A stretch of 64,000 nt of DNA from an uncultured Thermoleophilia bacterium (GCA_963771025.1 CAVYRL010000003.1:354267-418266), one strand, 5' to 3'; counted from the stretch's first letter, positions 18,913 through 28,560 are shown. Made by a program: numbers and translations. Notes: generated from the letters alone by a model not told the origin.

Positions 18913-19262
18913 CCCCCGAGCCTCTCGAACTCCCGCTGCTCCTCGGCCGTGCGCTCGGCGGTGGGGATGCGCTCGAGGCGCACGTCGGAGATCGGCTCGC
19001 CGCTCGCCACGCTGATCCCGTAGGTGCCCTCGGCGAGCCGCGCCTCGGCGCGCTCGACCGCCGCCAGCTCCAGGCGCAGGGCGTCGATGCGCTCCAGATC
19101 CCGAGTGCGCTCGGTGATGTCCACCGCCCCGTCGCCGGCGATGTTCTCGTCGGCGGCCGTGTCGGAGGCATCCGGGCGGAACTCGGCCTCCAGGCGGCTC
19201 AGCTCCTCCGTCACCCTCGCGCGTTCTGCGGCCAGGATTTCGGTTGCTCGTGCGGTGTCCAT
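18909..19262 (-). CDS. TraR/DksA family protein lacking Zn-ligand cysteines
   Basis: Coiled coil plus AEARLAEGTYGISVASGEPISDVRLERIPTAERTAEEQ. Confidence 0.8.
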   Translation of the reverse strand: MDTARATEILAAERARVTEELSRLEAEFRPDASDTAADENIAGDGAVDITERTRDLERIDALRLELAAVERAEARLAEGTYGISVASGEPISDVRLERIPTAERTAEEQREFERLGG

Positions 19263-19295
19263 ATGGCGCCCTTCGTTGTGCTGGATGGCCCGAGG

Positions 19296-19931
19296 CTAGA
19301 GCAGCCCGCGCTCCTTGGCGATGGCCAGGGCCTGTACGCGGTTGTGGGCCTCGAGCTTGGTGAACAGAGATCGAGAGTGACTCTTCACCGTGTTGGGTGA
19401 CAGGCCCAGATTGTCACCGATCTCCTGTGTCGTGAGCCCGCGGGCGATCAGCAGCAGCACCTCGCGCTCGCGAGGTGTGAGGGTGCCGTCGGCCGCGGGG
19501 GCGCCCTCGCGCCGGGGGATCATGGCTCCGGCGATACGGGGGTCCATCACGGTGCGGCCGTGCACCACCTGCAGCAGCGCCGAGAGGAGGTTCTGCTCGT
19601 TCACGTCCTTGAACAGGCAGGCAGAGGCGCCGGCCTTGAGACAGCCTCGCACGGCGAGCTCCTCGGGGTGCGCGGTCAGGATCACGATCGCGATCTCGGG
19701 GTGGCGCTCCTTGACCCGCTGGCAGATGGTCGGCGCCGGAAGATCGGGCAGCCGGAGATCGAGCAGCAGCACGTCCGGGCGGAACTGCTCGCACCGCAGG
19801 ATCGCCTCGGCCCCTGTGCGGGCGTCGCCCACGAGCTGGAAGAAGCGGCTGCCCGACAACAGCAGGCGCATGCCCGAGATCACGATGGGGTGGTCGTCGG
19901 CCACGACGACCGTGTGGGGCATCCGGCTCAC
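19296..19931 (-). CDS. NarL/LuxR family response regulator
   Basis: VVADDH, LLDLRLPD and LTPREREVL..IARG..T.EI...LGLS..TVK.H motifs. Confidence 0.95.
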   Translation of the reverse strand: MSRMPHTVVVADDHPIVISGMRLLLSGSRFFQLVGDARTGAEAILRCEQFRPDVLLLDLRLPDLPAPTICQRVKERHPEIAIVILTAHPEELAVRGCLKAGASACLFKDVNEQNLLSALLQVVHGRTVMDPRIAGAMIPRREGAPAADGTLTPREREVLLLIARGLTTQEIGDNLGLSPNTVKSHSRSLFTKLEAHNRVQALAIAKERGLL

Positions 19932-21133
19932 GCGAGAGGGATCAGCGTCCTCATCGTCGAGCCGAGGTCGTCGCCCCGCGCCAGGCGTACCTCCCCGCCG
20001 AAGCGCGCCGCCTCCTCGCGGATCATGCCCAGCCCGAGGCCGTTGCCCTGCCCCGATGGCGCGCCCACGCCGTCGTCCTGGATCACCAGCTCGACGGCGC
20101 CGCCCTGGAACGCCAGGGTGAGCACCACCTCGGAGGCCGCCGCGTGGCGCTCGACGTTGCGCAGGCCCTCCTGGGTGATGCGGATCAACAGTTCCTCGCG
20201 CGCCTCGTCGATGGCCGTCGGCTCACCGAGCACGAGCAGGTGAGCCGGCACCGAGGTCCGCGCGCTGAACGACGCCGCGTCTTCGCGCAGCTTCACCGCC
20301 AGGGCCCCTGCCGGCGCCGCCGGACGGTCGAGGGAGCGCAGCGTGGAGCGCAGCTGGGCCGACGCGCCGGCGATCTGCTGCTCCAACCCGGCGAGGTGCG
20401 ACAGCAGGTCGGGGCGCCCCGCCGAGGCGCTGGAGTGGGCGAGCTGGGCCGCGACGCCGATGCCGAACAGCCGCTGCCCGAAATCGTCGTGGAGCGCGCG
20501 GGCCAGGCGCCGCCGCTCGCGCATCGCGGCCACCTCCTCGACGCGCGCGCGGTCGCGCGCGGCGGCGAGCGCGGCACCCGAATAGGTGCACAGGCGCCCG
20601 AGCGCCTCGATCGACGCCTCGCTGAACCGCGCGTCCGAACGCAGCCCGGCGTGCAGGACGCCGCGCACCTCGCCACCGAAGGACACCGGCACGGCGAGCA
20701 GCGCGCCGATGCCCTCCTCGCCGGCGACCAGGTCGACGAGATCCTGGGCGAAGGGCGCCGAGCGGTAGATCGCCACCTCGACCGGCCGGCCGGTGTCGAG
20801 CACCTGCCCGCCCGCGCCCGCGCCCGCGCCGAGGCGGAGTCCCGGCAGGCGCGGCCCGCGGTTGCCCAGCATCGCCTTCATCTCGAGACGGTCGAAGCAA
20901 TGATGGAGGTGGCACGGCTGGGGGTGCTCGCAGCCGGCGACACGCAGGGAGAAGCCGACCACGTCGGCGGCGATCAGGCGGCTGGCCTCAGAGGCGGTGT
21001 GCCAGGCGATGCGCGACACCACCAGCTCGCGGAACAACCGCTGCCCGGCGGCGTCCGCCCGGCGCAGCAGATTGAGATCGGCCGAACGCGTCACCCCTGT
21101 CGCCGGCGACTTCGTCGCACCGTCCCGACTCAC
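19928..21133 (-). CDS. Cytoplasmic GAF sensor histidine kinase (HisKA_3)
   Basis: GAF domain, ERRRLARALHDD H-box, QEGLRNVERHA N-box, IQDDGVG and G.GLG boxes. GTG at 21133 follows GAGGGGG. Confidence 0.9.
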   Translation of the reverse strand: MSRDGATKSPATGVTRSADLNLLRRADAAGQRLFRELVVSRIAWHTASEASRLIAADVVGFSLRVAGCEHPQPCHLHHCFDRLEMKAMLGNRGPRLPGLRLGAGAGAGGQVLDTGRPVEVAIYRSAPFAQDLVDLVAGEEGIGALLAVPVSFGGEVRGVLHAGLRSDARFSEASIEALGRLCTYSGAALAAARDRARVEEVAAMRERRRLARALHDDFGQRLFGIGVAAQLAHSSASAGRPDLLSHLAGLEQQIAGASAQLRSTLRSLDRPAAPAGALAVKLREDAASFSARTSVPAHLLVLGEPTAIDEAREELLIRITQEGLRNVERHAAASEVVLTLAFQGGAVELVIQDDGVGAPSGQGNGLGLGMIREEAARFGGEVRLARGDDLGSTMRTLIPLA

Positions 21134-21371
21134 ACGCCCCCCTCTGTTCGCCCCTTCTCGACCATACGGCCCGCGACGCGGGCACGGCAACCGACTCACC
21201 CCTTCGGGTGACATGCCCGCGAGGACGTCTGCGGTGGCCCGGATCGGCGTGGCGGTGGCGCTCGCACGGCGTCCGACCTCCCGGTGAGGACGGCGCCGAT
21301 GCCGGTCGCGGTTGCCTCGGGGGACGCGCGGAGCGAGGGTCGGGTGAGACCGATCGCAAAAAGGAGGCGCC

Positions 21372-22445
21372 ATGCCCGAGATGATGCGCGCGGCGGTGTT
21401 CAAGGATGTCCGCGACATCCACATCGAAGAGGTACCGATGCCGCGGTGCGGTCCGACGGACGCCATCGTGAAGATCACGACGACCACGATCTGCGGCACC
21501 GACTCGCACATCTGGCGCGGCGAGTACCCGGTGGCCCCGGGCCGCGTGGTCGGCCACGAGCCGGCCGGGGTGATCCACGAACTGGGCGAGGCGGTGGTCG
21601 GCTACGAGGTGGGCGACCGCGTGGTGGTCGGCGCGATCACGCCGTGCGGCTCCTGCTACTTCTGCCAGGCCGGCGACTTCTCGCAGTGCGCCGGCTACGA
21701 GGACCAGTGGGGGATCATCGGCGGCTGGCGCCTGGGCAACTCCATGGACGGCGTGCAGGCCGAGTACTTCCGGGTTCCCTACGCGCAGGCCAACCTGTCC
21801 CGCATCCCCGAGGGGCTCTCCGACGAGGAGGTCCTGTTCGTCACCGACATCGCGACGACCGGCATCTCCGCGGTCGAGACCGCCGAGGTGCAGCTCGGCG
21901 ACACGGTGGCGGTGTTCGCCCAGGGCCCGATCGGGCTGTGCGCCACGGCGGGAGCACGACTGCGCGGAGCGGGCCTGGTGATCGCGGTCAACTCCAACCA
22001 CCGGCGCCTCGAGATGGCGCGCACGATGGGCGCGGACGTGATCATCGACTACACGCAGGAGGATCCCGTCGCCAAGATCAAGGCCCTCACCGAGGGCCGC
22101 GGCGCGGATGTGACCATCGAGGCGCTCGGCATCCAGGAGACGTTCGAGAACTCGCTGAAGGCGGTGCGCCCCGCGGGCGTCGTCTCGTCGCTCGGCGTGT
22201 ACGGGGACAAGGTCACGATCCCGCTGGAGCCCTTCATCTACGGCATCGGGGACATCGACATCCGCACCACCCTGTGCCCCGGCGGCAAGAAGCGCCTCAG
22301 CTCGCTGATGAACCTGGTCAAGACCGGGCGGCTCAACCTGCAGCAGCTGATCACCCACCGGTTCGATCTGGACGACATCGAGCAGGCCTACTCGCTGTTC
22401 TCCAATCAGGAGGACGGGGTCATCAAGGTCACCGTCACCCCCTGA
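21372..22445 (+). CDS. Zn-dependent alcohol dehydrogenase (MDR family)
   Basis: ICGTDSH, GHEPAG, PCGSCYFC..G..SQC and QGPIGLCA motifs; AGGAGG RBS. Confidence 0.93.
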   Translation: MPEMMRAAVFKDVRDIHIEEVPMPRCGPTDAIVKITTTTICGTDSHIWRGEYPVAPGRVVGHEPAGVIHELGEAVVGYEVGDRVVVGAITPCGSCYFCQAGDFSQCAGYEDQWGIIGGWRLGNSMDGVQAEYFRVPYAQANLSRIPEGLSDEEVLFVTDIATTGISAVETAEVQLGDTVAVFAQGPIGLCATAGARLRGAGLVIAVNSNHRRLEMARTMGADVIIDYTQEDPVAKIKALTEGRGADVTIEALGIQETFENSLKAVRPAGVVSSLGVYGDKVTIPLEPFIYGIGDIDIRTTLCPGGKKRLSSLMNLVKTGRLNLQQLITHRFDLDDIEQAYSLFSNQEDGVIKVTVTP

Positions 22446-22494
22446 CCGAGGACGGGGCGCCGGTCATCGGCGGAGGCCCCGCGGGGTGATGAAC

Positions 22495-22527
22495 GCCACC
22501 GGTGAGGACCACGGCCTCACCGGTGGC
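22495..22527. terminator. Perfect 13-bp inverted repeat (terminator or operator) between adh and mmpL
   Basis: GCCACCGGTGAGG-7 nt-CCTCACCGGTGGC. Confidence 0.55.
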
Positions 22528-22651
22528 CCGTGATGTTTGCCAAGGCTTTCCCACCACGCGTTGACCTTCGGGGAGGACCTCGGCTTAATGTGGGGCGTTC
22601 GCGATACGGATATCGCCCCACGCCGCCACCTTCAGAAGGGGACCTCTTTCC

Positions 22652-24892
22652 ATGAGCTCAGCCGAGCCCTCCGGCCGCGCGCGCCCCGGCGTGCTGACGC
22701 GCGTCGTGCACGCCTGCGCGGCGCACGGCTGGCGCACGGTCATCGCGTGGATCCTCGCCATCGTGGCCGTCTTCGGTGCGGCGGGAACCATCGGCGGGAC
22801 GCTGGTGGACCAGTTCTCGCTGCCGGGGTCCGACTCGCAGAAGGCGGTGGATCTGCTCGACAGCCGGTTCCCGGCGCGCTCGGGTGACGCGGCGCAGATG
22901 GTGTTCGCGGTCCCCGCGGGCACCAACCTGAGCGAGGGCGAGGCCAAGGCGGCCATCGAGGCGGCCGTTGCGGCGGCCGAGAAGGTCCCGGGCGTCGTCA
23001 GCGTCGGTAGCCCGTTCGCCCCCGGATCCACCCAGGTGAGTGACAACGGCCGCGTGGCCTACGCCGACGTCCAGTTCTCCCAGACCGCCGTCAACGTACC
23101 CAAGGAGTCGGTCACCCAGCTCCAGGATTCGGCCATCGCGGCAGCCAAGGCCGGCGGGGTGCAGGTGGAGTTCGGCGGTCCGGTGATCGCGAACGCCGAG
23201 CCGCCCACGACGGGCATCAGCGAGCTGATCGGCATCCTGGTCGCGATCGTCATCCTGCTGGTGATGCTGGGCAGCGCCGTGGCGATGAGCCTGCCGATCG
23301 CGCTGGCCATCACCTCGGTGGGACTGGGCGTATCGCTGATCACGCTCGCCGCGGGCGTGTGGACCTTCAACACCATCACCCCGACCCTCGCAACCATGAT
23401 CGGGCTCGGCGTCGGCATCGACTACTCGCTGCTGATCGTCACGCGCTACCGCCAGGCGCTGCACGACGGGCGCGAACCGGTGGACGCGGCGACCGTGGCC
23501 GCCTCGACGGCCGGCCGCGCGGTGATCTTCGCCGGCGCGACCGTCGCGATCTCCGTCTCGGCGCTCGCGCTGCTCGGGCTCGACTTCATCACCAAGATGG
23601 GCCTCGGCGCGGCCATCACCGTCCTGGTCGCCGTGCTCGCCGCCGTGACATTGCTGCCGGCCATCCTGGGCCTGCTGGGGCACAAGATCGATCGCTGGCG
23701 CCTGCCCTTCCTGAAGCATCGCGACGACTCCGAGGCGGCGCGCGACCGGTCGGCCACGGCGCGCTTCGGGCGATTCGTGACCCGCCGCCCGTGGATCACC
23801 GGCGGCACCGCCGTGGTGTTCCTGCTGATCCTCGCGATCCCGGTGTTCACCGTTCAGCTCGGGTCGAGCGACGCCGGATCGAACCCGGCGGGCACCACGA
23901 CCCGCAAGGCCTACGACCTGCTCGCCGAGGGCTTCGGCCCGGGCTTCAACGGCCCGCTCCTGGTCGCCATCGACCAGAAGCCGGGCTCGAATGCCGCCGA
24001 CGCCGCCGCCGCGGCGCTGCGTGAGACGCCCGGCATCGCCAGCGTCGTCGCGCCGGCGATCAACACGGCCGGCAACACGGCCGTCATCACGGCGTACCCG
24101 ACCACCTCACCCCAGTCGGCGGCCACCGCCTCGCTGGTCCACAGGCTGCGCGACGGCGTGCTCCCGGGGGCCCTGGCGGGCACGGGCGCGGTGGCGCACG
24201 TGGGTGGCCAGACGGCCGCCTACGAGGACATCGCGGCCATCCTCCAGACGCGCCAGGTCGTGTTCCTGCTGGTGGTCATCGGGATCATCTTCGTGCTGAT
24301 CGCCATGGCCTTCCGCTCCATCGTGGTGGCGGCCAAGGCCGCCCTCACCACCGCGCTCTCCGCGCTGGCCGCCTTCGGCGTGCTGATCGCCGTCTTCCAG
24401 CACGGCTGGGGGGCGAGCCTGGTCGGGATCGACAGCACCGGGCCCATCGAGTCGTTCCTGCCGGTGATCATCTTCGCGATCCTGTTCGGTCTCTCGACCG
24501 ACTACGAGGTGTTCATCATGAGCCGCATCCGCGAGGAGTACGTGGGCGGACGCAGCGCGCGTGACTCGATCGACCACGGCGTCGCCGCCATCGGACGGGT
24601 GATCGTGGCCTGCGCCCTCATCATGTGCTCGGTGTTCTTCAGCTTCCTCCTGGGCGACGAGCGCGCCATCAAGGAGTTCGGCCTCGGCCTCGGGGTGGCG
24701 ATCGCCATCGACGCGTTCGTCGTGCGGCTGGTGCTGGTTCCGGCGGTGCTCCAGATCCTGGGCGACCGGGCCTGGTACATGCCGCGGTGGGCCGACAGGA
24801 TCCTGCCGCGCATCACCATCGAGCCGCCGGCGGAACCGCCGCCCGCCCGCGCGCCGGCGACGCGGGGCGAGCCCCTCACGGAGGCCGACTGA
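22652..24892 (+). CDS. MMPL/RND family transporter
   Basis: GLGVGIDYSLLIVTRYR, TAGRAVIFAG, FGPGFNGP and FGLSTDYEVFIMSRIRE motifs. Confidence 0.95.
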   Translation: MSSAEPSGRARPGVLTRVVHACAAHGWRTVIAWILAIVAVFGAAGTIGGTLVDQFSLPGSDSQKAVDLLDSRFPARSGDAAQMVFAVPAGTNLSEGEAKAAIEAAVAAAEKVPGVVSVGSPFAPGSTQVSDNGRVAYADVQFSQTAVNVPKESVTQLQDSAIAAAKAGGVQVEFGGPVIANAEPPTTGISELIGILVAIVILLVMLGSAVAMSLPIALAITSVGLGVSLITLAAGVWTFNTITPTLATMIGLGVGIDYSLLIVTRYRQALHDGREPVDAATVAASTAGRAVIFAGATVAISVSALALLGLDFITKMGLGAAITVLVAVLAAVTLLPAILGLLGHKIDRWRLPFLKHRDDSEAARDRSATARFGRFVTRRPWITGGTAVVFLLILAIPVFTVQLGSSDAGSNPAGTTTRKAYDLLAEGFGPGFNGPLLVAIDQKPGSNAADAAAAALRETPGIASVVAPAINTAGNTAVITAYPTTSPQSAATASLVHRLRDGVLPGALAGTGAVAHVGGQTAAYEDIAAILQTRQVVFLLVVIGIIFVLIAMAFRSIVVAAKAALTTALSALAAFGVLIAVFQHGWGASLVGIDSTGPIESFLPVIIFAILFGLSTDYEVFIMSRIREEYVGGRSARDSIDHGVAAIGRVIVACALIMCSVFFSFLLGDERAIKEFGLGLGVAIAIDAFVVRLVLVPAVLQILGDRAWYMPRWADRILPRITIEPPAEPPPARAPATRGEPLTEAD

Positions 24893-24924
24893 GCGAAAGG
24901 TCCGCGAGGGTCGGTCGCCCGGAG

Positions 24925-25536
24925 CTACTTGACGTACCAGCTGGTCCGGATCTGGAGGGTACCCACCCGCTGGGCGGCCGCGAAGGGAGTCCCCCCGGCG
25001 CCGAAGTGCGCGTTGAAGACGCTGGCGCCGACCGGCGTCAGCACGATCGGCACGTTCTTGAGCTGGAGGCGCGCCGACTTGACCACCAGCGACGACCTGC
25101 TGATCTTCATGGTGAACAGCGTCATGCGCGGACCCCAGTCGGCGTTGGATCCGACGATCGCCGACAGGGCGCGCCTCCGCCCGAGGCTGGCGTTGAACCA
25201 GTTGAGGGTCAGCCGGGTGTCGCCCTGCTGAAGGGTCATGCCCTTGACGCTGCGGATCTGACCGCTCAGCGGGTAGCGCGTCGTGCCGTCGCCGCCGGTG
25301 ACCTTGAAGCGTATGCCGACGCTGGTCGGCACGGCGCCCGTGCCGGGCGTGGCGGCAACGCCCAGGGGCGTGAGCACGGCCGGGTCGAACTGGATCGTGG
25401 TGCCGCCGCCGAAGAATGAGACCTTGGGGGCCGGCTTGGCGCTGGCCATCGGCGCGGCGATTGCGGCGATGGTGGCGAGGCCGGCGACAGCCGAGGCGAG
25501 GAGCAGGGCGGGGGAAGAGACGCGTGAGTTGCTCAT
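24925..25536 (-). CDS. Secreted beta-rich protein (HtaA-like fold possible)
   Basis: Signal peptide; GGGTTIQFD and FKVTGG...L.LT...N patterns. Confidence 0.6.
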   Translation of the reverse strand: MSNSRVSSPALLLASAVAGLATIAAIAAPMASAKPAPKVSFFGGGTTIQFDPAVLTPLGVAATPGTGAVPTSVGIRFKVTGGDGTTRYPLSGQIRSVKGMTLQQGDTRLTLNWFNASLGRRRALSAIVGSNADWGPRMTLFTMKISRSSLVVKSARLQLKNVPIVLTPVGASVFNAHFGAGGTPFAAAQRVGTLQIRTSWYVK

Positions 25537-25624
25537 GGCGGCGAAGCTATTGCGGCCGCCGCGGCGCGACAACGGGACCGGGTATGGATCGCGCCTGGCC
25601 GATCGGGGAGGACGGCCCGCCGCC

Positions 25625-26380
25625 TCACGTGCCGCTGAATGTGCCCCCGATGAGCGCACGGAAGCGATCCATGCGGCGGTCGTGACGGACGAACCGGCGC
25701 TTCGCGCGCTCCATCCGCTCGGGCTTCTTGGTGTACCTGCGCCGTGCCCACGCGGAGTTGGGACGGCCGAGGCGGATGGCCCCCACCAGCCCGACGACCG
25801 GGATGAAGATGGCGATGAAGCCGACGAAGATCTTTCCCTTCAGGAAGCAGATCACCGCGAGGAAGCCGTTGACCACGACCGCGAGCATCAGGGCCACGAG
25901 TCGGGCGACGTCGCCCGACGCGGTGTTGCCGTTCGCGTCGAAGGGCGAGAAGCCGACCAGCAGCAGCAGGCAGATCACCACGGCCACGATGACCGCGTCG
26001 ATCGAGGTGCGCCCCTCGCTCTTCCAGTAGACGTCGTCCATGTAGACCCAGAGCGCGAACTCGTCCAGCGTCAGCGCCGCTCCGATGCCGAACATCACGC
26101 CGAGGATCTCGACCCAGGGGCGGTCGGGGCGATAGGCGAACTCGAGCAGCGACGCGATCAGCACCAGCAGGATGCCCCAGACCTGGTGGTGTATGTGGAC
26201 CCCGCCGATGGTGATGTCGCCGACCAGCGAGCGCCCGGACCGATCCTCGGTGGGCTCCTTCGACCTGGCCTGGATGCGCCGCGTGATCGTTCGCGTGATC
26301 AGGAACGTCAGGACGAAGGCGATGAGCATCCACAGGATTGCCGCCCGGCCCGGTTCCGTTGCGATCTCAAACTGGCTCAT
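25625..26380 (-). CDS. Actinobacterial integral membrane protein
   Basis: GGVHIHHQVWG, GAALTLDEFALW and DVYW..EGR.SIDAV motifs; several TM helices. Confidence 0.8.
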   Translation of the reverse strand: MSQFEIATEPGRAAILWMLIAFVLTFLITRTITRRIQARSKEPTEDRSGRSLVGDITIGGVHIHHQVWGILLVLIASLLEFAYRPDRPWVEILGVMFGIGAALTLDEFALWVYMDDVYWKSEGRTSIDAVIVAVVICLLLLVGFSPFDANGNTASGDVARLVALMLAVVVNGFLAVICFLKGKIFVGFIAIFIPVVGLVGAIRLGRPNSAWARRRYTKKPERMERAKRRFVRHDRRMDRFRALIGGTFSGT

Positions 26381-26621
26381 CCTGTGCCGGGCACTATGCA
26401 GCGCGGACCAGGCGGTGCGCAATCCGCGTGCGTCCGCCGAAGGACGACGACCGGCTCGGCGGCCTGACCGTCGATCTCCCCCTCCACCTCGCCCTGCGGT
26501 GCATGATCCATCGCGAGGGGCGGTTGCCGGAGGCGGGCGCCCTCGACCAACCCGGCCTGTATGGAGACGCACAGCGCGCCGCGCCGCGATCCGCGGGCGG
26601 CTGACCCAGGAGGATCGATCC

Positions 26622-27107
26622 ATGACCGCACGCGCGGATTACACCGAGGACGAGTGGGAGACGCTCAGCCGCTCGCCTCTCGTCGCCGGCTTCGCCATCT
26701 CCCTCGCCGACCCGGGCGGGCCGATCGAGCTCACAAAGGAGACGATGGCGGCGGTGAAGGCCCTCGCGACTCCACCGAGCGACGAGGAGCTGCTGATCGC
26801 CGTGTCGCAGGACGCCCAGGCGCACGCCCGAGATCACGCCAACCTGCGCAAGGAACTCGGCCTGAAGGGTGCCACGGCGCGTCAGCAGATCACCGACGAG
26901 CTGACCAAGGTGAACGGGATCCTCACCGCCAAGGCGACGCCCGAGGAGGCCGCTGCGTTCCGCCGGTGGCTGGTGGATGCGGCGCAGAAGGCCGCCGAGG
27001 CGGCGAAGGAGGGCGGTTTCCTCGGGATCGGCGCGGTGCGCGTCAGCGAGGGCGAGCTGGACGAGATGGCCGACATCCGCAGGATCATGGGACTGCCGGC
27101 CGACTAG
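26622..27107 (+). CDS. Conserved-looking hypothetical protein
   Basis: AGGAGG RBS; Y...EW..L and AA.AAKEGGFLGIG..RVSE.E patterns. Confidence 0.75.
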   Translation: MTARADYTEDEWETLSRSPLVAGFAISLADPGGPIELTKETMAAVKALATPPSDEELLIAVSQDAQAHARDHANLRKELGLKGATARQQITDELTKVNGILTAKATPEEAAAFRRWLVDAAQKAAEAAKEGGFLGIGAVRVSEGELDEMADIRRIMGLPAD

Positions 27108-27165
27108 TCGCGCCGGGCCGTGGTCCGGGGTGGGCGGGGCGCGCCGGTCGTGCGATCATCGCCGC

Positions 27166-27432
27166 ATGCCCGGCGACGAACCCCGCGTTCCGATCTGGAC
27201 CCGGACGGTGGCCGATCCGGTCTTCCGCGAGGCGCTGATCGTGGATCCACTGCGCGCGCTGGCCGACGCGGGCGACGTCGAGGCCTCCCCCGATCAGGTG
27301 CGCCAGCTGGACGAGATGGAGCCCGACGAGCGCGAGGAGTTCGTCCGCGCGGTCGTCCGCGACATCCACACGAAGGGCGGTCAGGCCCGCTTCGGGTCCA
27401 TCGGCGAGGACGGCCGCATCGGCGGCATCTGA
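27166..27432 (+). CDS. Small protein resembling an NHLP-clan (Os1348-like) leader
   Basis: DPVFREALIVDPLRALADAG motif. Confidence 0.55.
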   Translation: MPGDEPRVPIWTRTVADPVFREALIVDPLRALADAGDVEASPDQVRQLDEMEPDEREEFVRAVVRDIHTKGGQARFGSIGEDGRIGGI

Positions 27433-27441
27433 GCCCGGGGC

Positions 27442-27564
27442 TCAGATGCCCGGGCCACCGGTGCCCGGCGGATCCGATCCCGGGAACGACTCCTTGCCCT
27501 CCTCATCGACGGCGTCGTCATCATCATCATCGCTTGGCGGGGGCGGCGGGGCCGTGGTCAACAT
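27442..27564 (-). CDS. 40-aa acidic microprotein with ESFPGSDPP motif
   Basis: MLTTAPPPPPSDDDDDDAVDEEGKESFPGSDPPGTGGPGI. Confidence 0.55.
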   Translation of the reverse strand: MLTTAPPPPPSDDDDDDAVDEEGKESFPGSDPPGTGGPGI

Positions 27565-27664
27565 GTGGTTGCTCCTGTTCGCTGTTCGGTATGGAGAGGA
27601 TTCCCCGTTGTCGCCCGGCGCGAACCCAGGTGAGGAATCGGCCCGCTCCGGGTACCGCAGGGGC

Positions 27665-27820
27665 ATGACAACTCAGCCGCCGATTCCCGAGCCCTTCCCG
27701 GGGCCGCCCAACATCCCCGAACCCAGCCCTCCGACGATCCCGGAGCCCTACCCGCCACCGACGCCGCAGCCACCCTCCCCGGCGCCCGAGCCCGTACCTG
27801 CGCCCGACTTTCAGCGGTAG
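27665..27820 (+). CDS. 51-aa Pro-rich microprotein (IPEP repeats)
   Basis: Three IPEP repeats; GC3-biased codons. Confidence 0.45.
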   Translation: MTTQPPIPEPFPGPPNIPEPSPPTIPEPYPPPTPQPPSPAPEPVPAPDFQR

Positions 27821-28560
27821 TCCGGATTGGGGAAATCGAAACGGCATCCGGCATCCCAGAGGGAGCGCTGGTTGCCGTGGGCGGGGATGCCGCCGGCGTC
27901 CTTGAGCAGTCGCGCCATGTGCAGCAGGTTCCAGGTGAGGAACGTCGTGTTGCGATTGGTGAAGTCGTTCTCCGGCCCGCCCGAGCCGGGGTCGAGATAG
28001 CTGGGGCCGGGGCCCGCCTCGCCGAGCCACGCCGAGTCGGCCTGCGGCGGTATGACGTAGCCGAGGTGCTGCAGCGAGTAGAGGATGTTCATCGCGCAGT
28101 GCTTGGCGCCGTCCTCGTTACCGGTGATCAGGCAGCCGGCGACACGGCCGTAGAAGGCGTACTGGCCGTCGGCGTTGAGCAGGTGGCTGTCGCCGTAGAG
28201 GCGCTCGATGACGCGGGTGCAGACCGACGACTTCTCGCCGAGCCAGATGGGTGATGTGAGCACGAGGATGTCGGCCGCGAGCACCTTGGCCGCGACAGAG
28301 GGCCAATCGTCGCGCGGCCACCCGCGCTCGGTCATGTCCGGGTAGACGCCCGTGGCGATCTCGAGGTCCACGGCACGGATGGTCTCCACCTCCACCCCGT
28401 TGCGCTCCATGATCGCGACGGCGATGTCGGCCAGCCCCTGCGTGTGCGAGATCTCGGGTGAGCGCTTGAGCGTGCAGTTGATGAACAGCGCCCGGAGATC
28501 GGAGAAGTCCCATCGGGAGGTCTCGCACAGCTCCTCCTGCAATTCGTTCAGTCGCGTCAC
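27811..28560 (-). CDS. Flavodoxin-like / NADPH-dependent FMN reductase family protein
   Basis: NCTLKRSP..SHT, ADILVLTSPIWLG and ITGNEDGAKHC motifs. Confidence 0.88.
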   Translation of the reverse strand: MTRLNELQEELCETSRWDFSDLRALFINCTLKRSPEISHTQGLADIAVAIMERNGVEVETIRAVDLEIATGVYPDMTERGWPRDDWPSVAAKVLAADILVLTSPIWLGEKSSVCTRVIERLYGDSHLLNADGQYAFYGRVAGCLITGNEDGAKHCAMNILYSLQHLGYVIPPQADSAWLGEAGPGPSYLDPGSGGPENDFTNRNTTFLTWNLLHMARLLKDAGGIPAHGNQRSLWDAGCRFDFPNPDYR

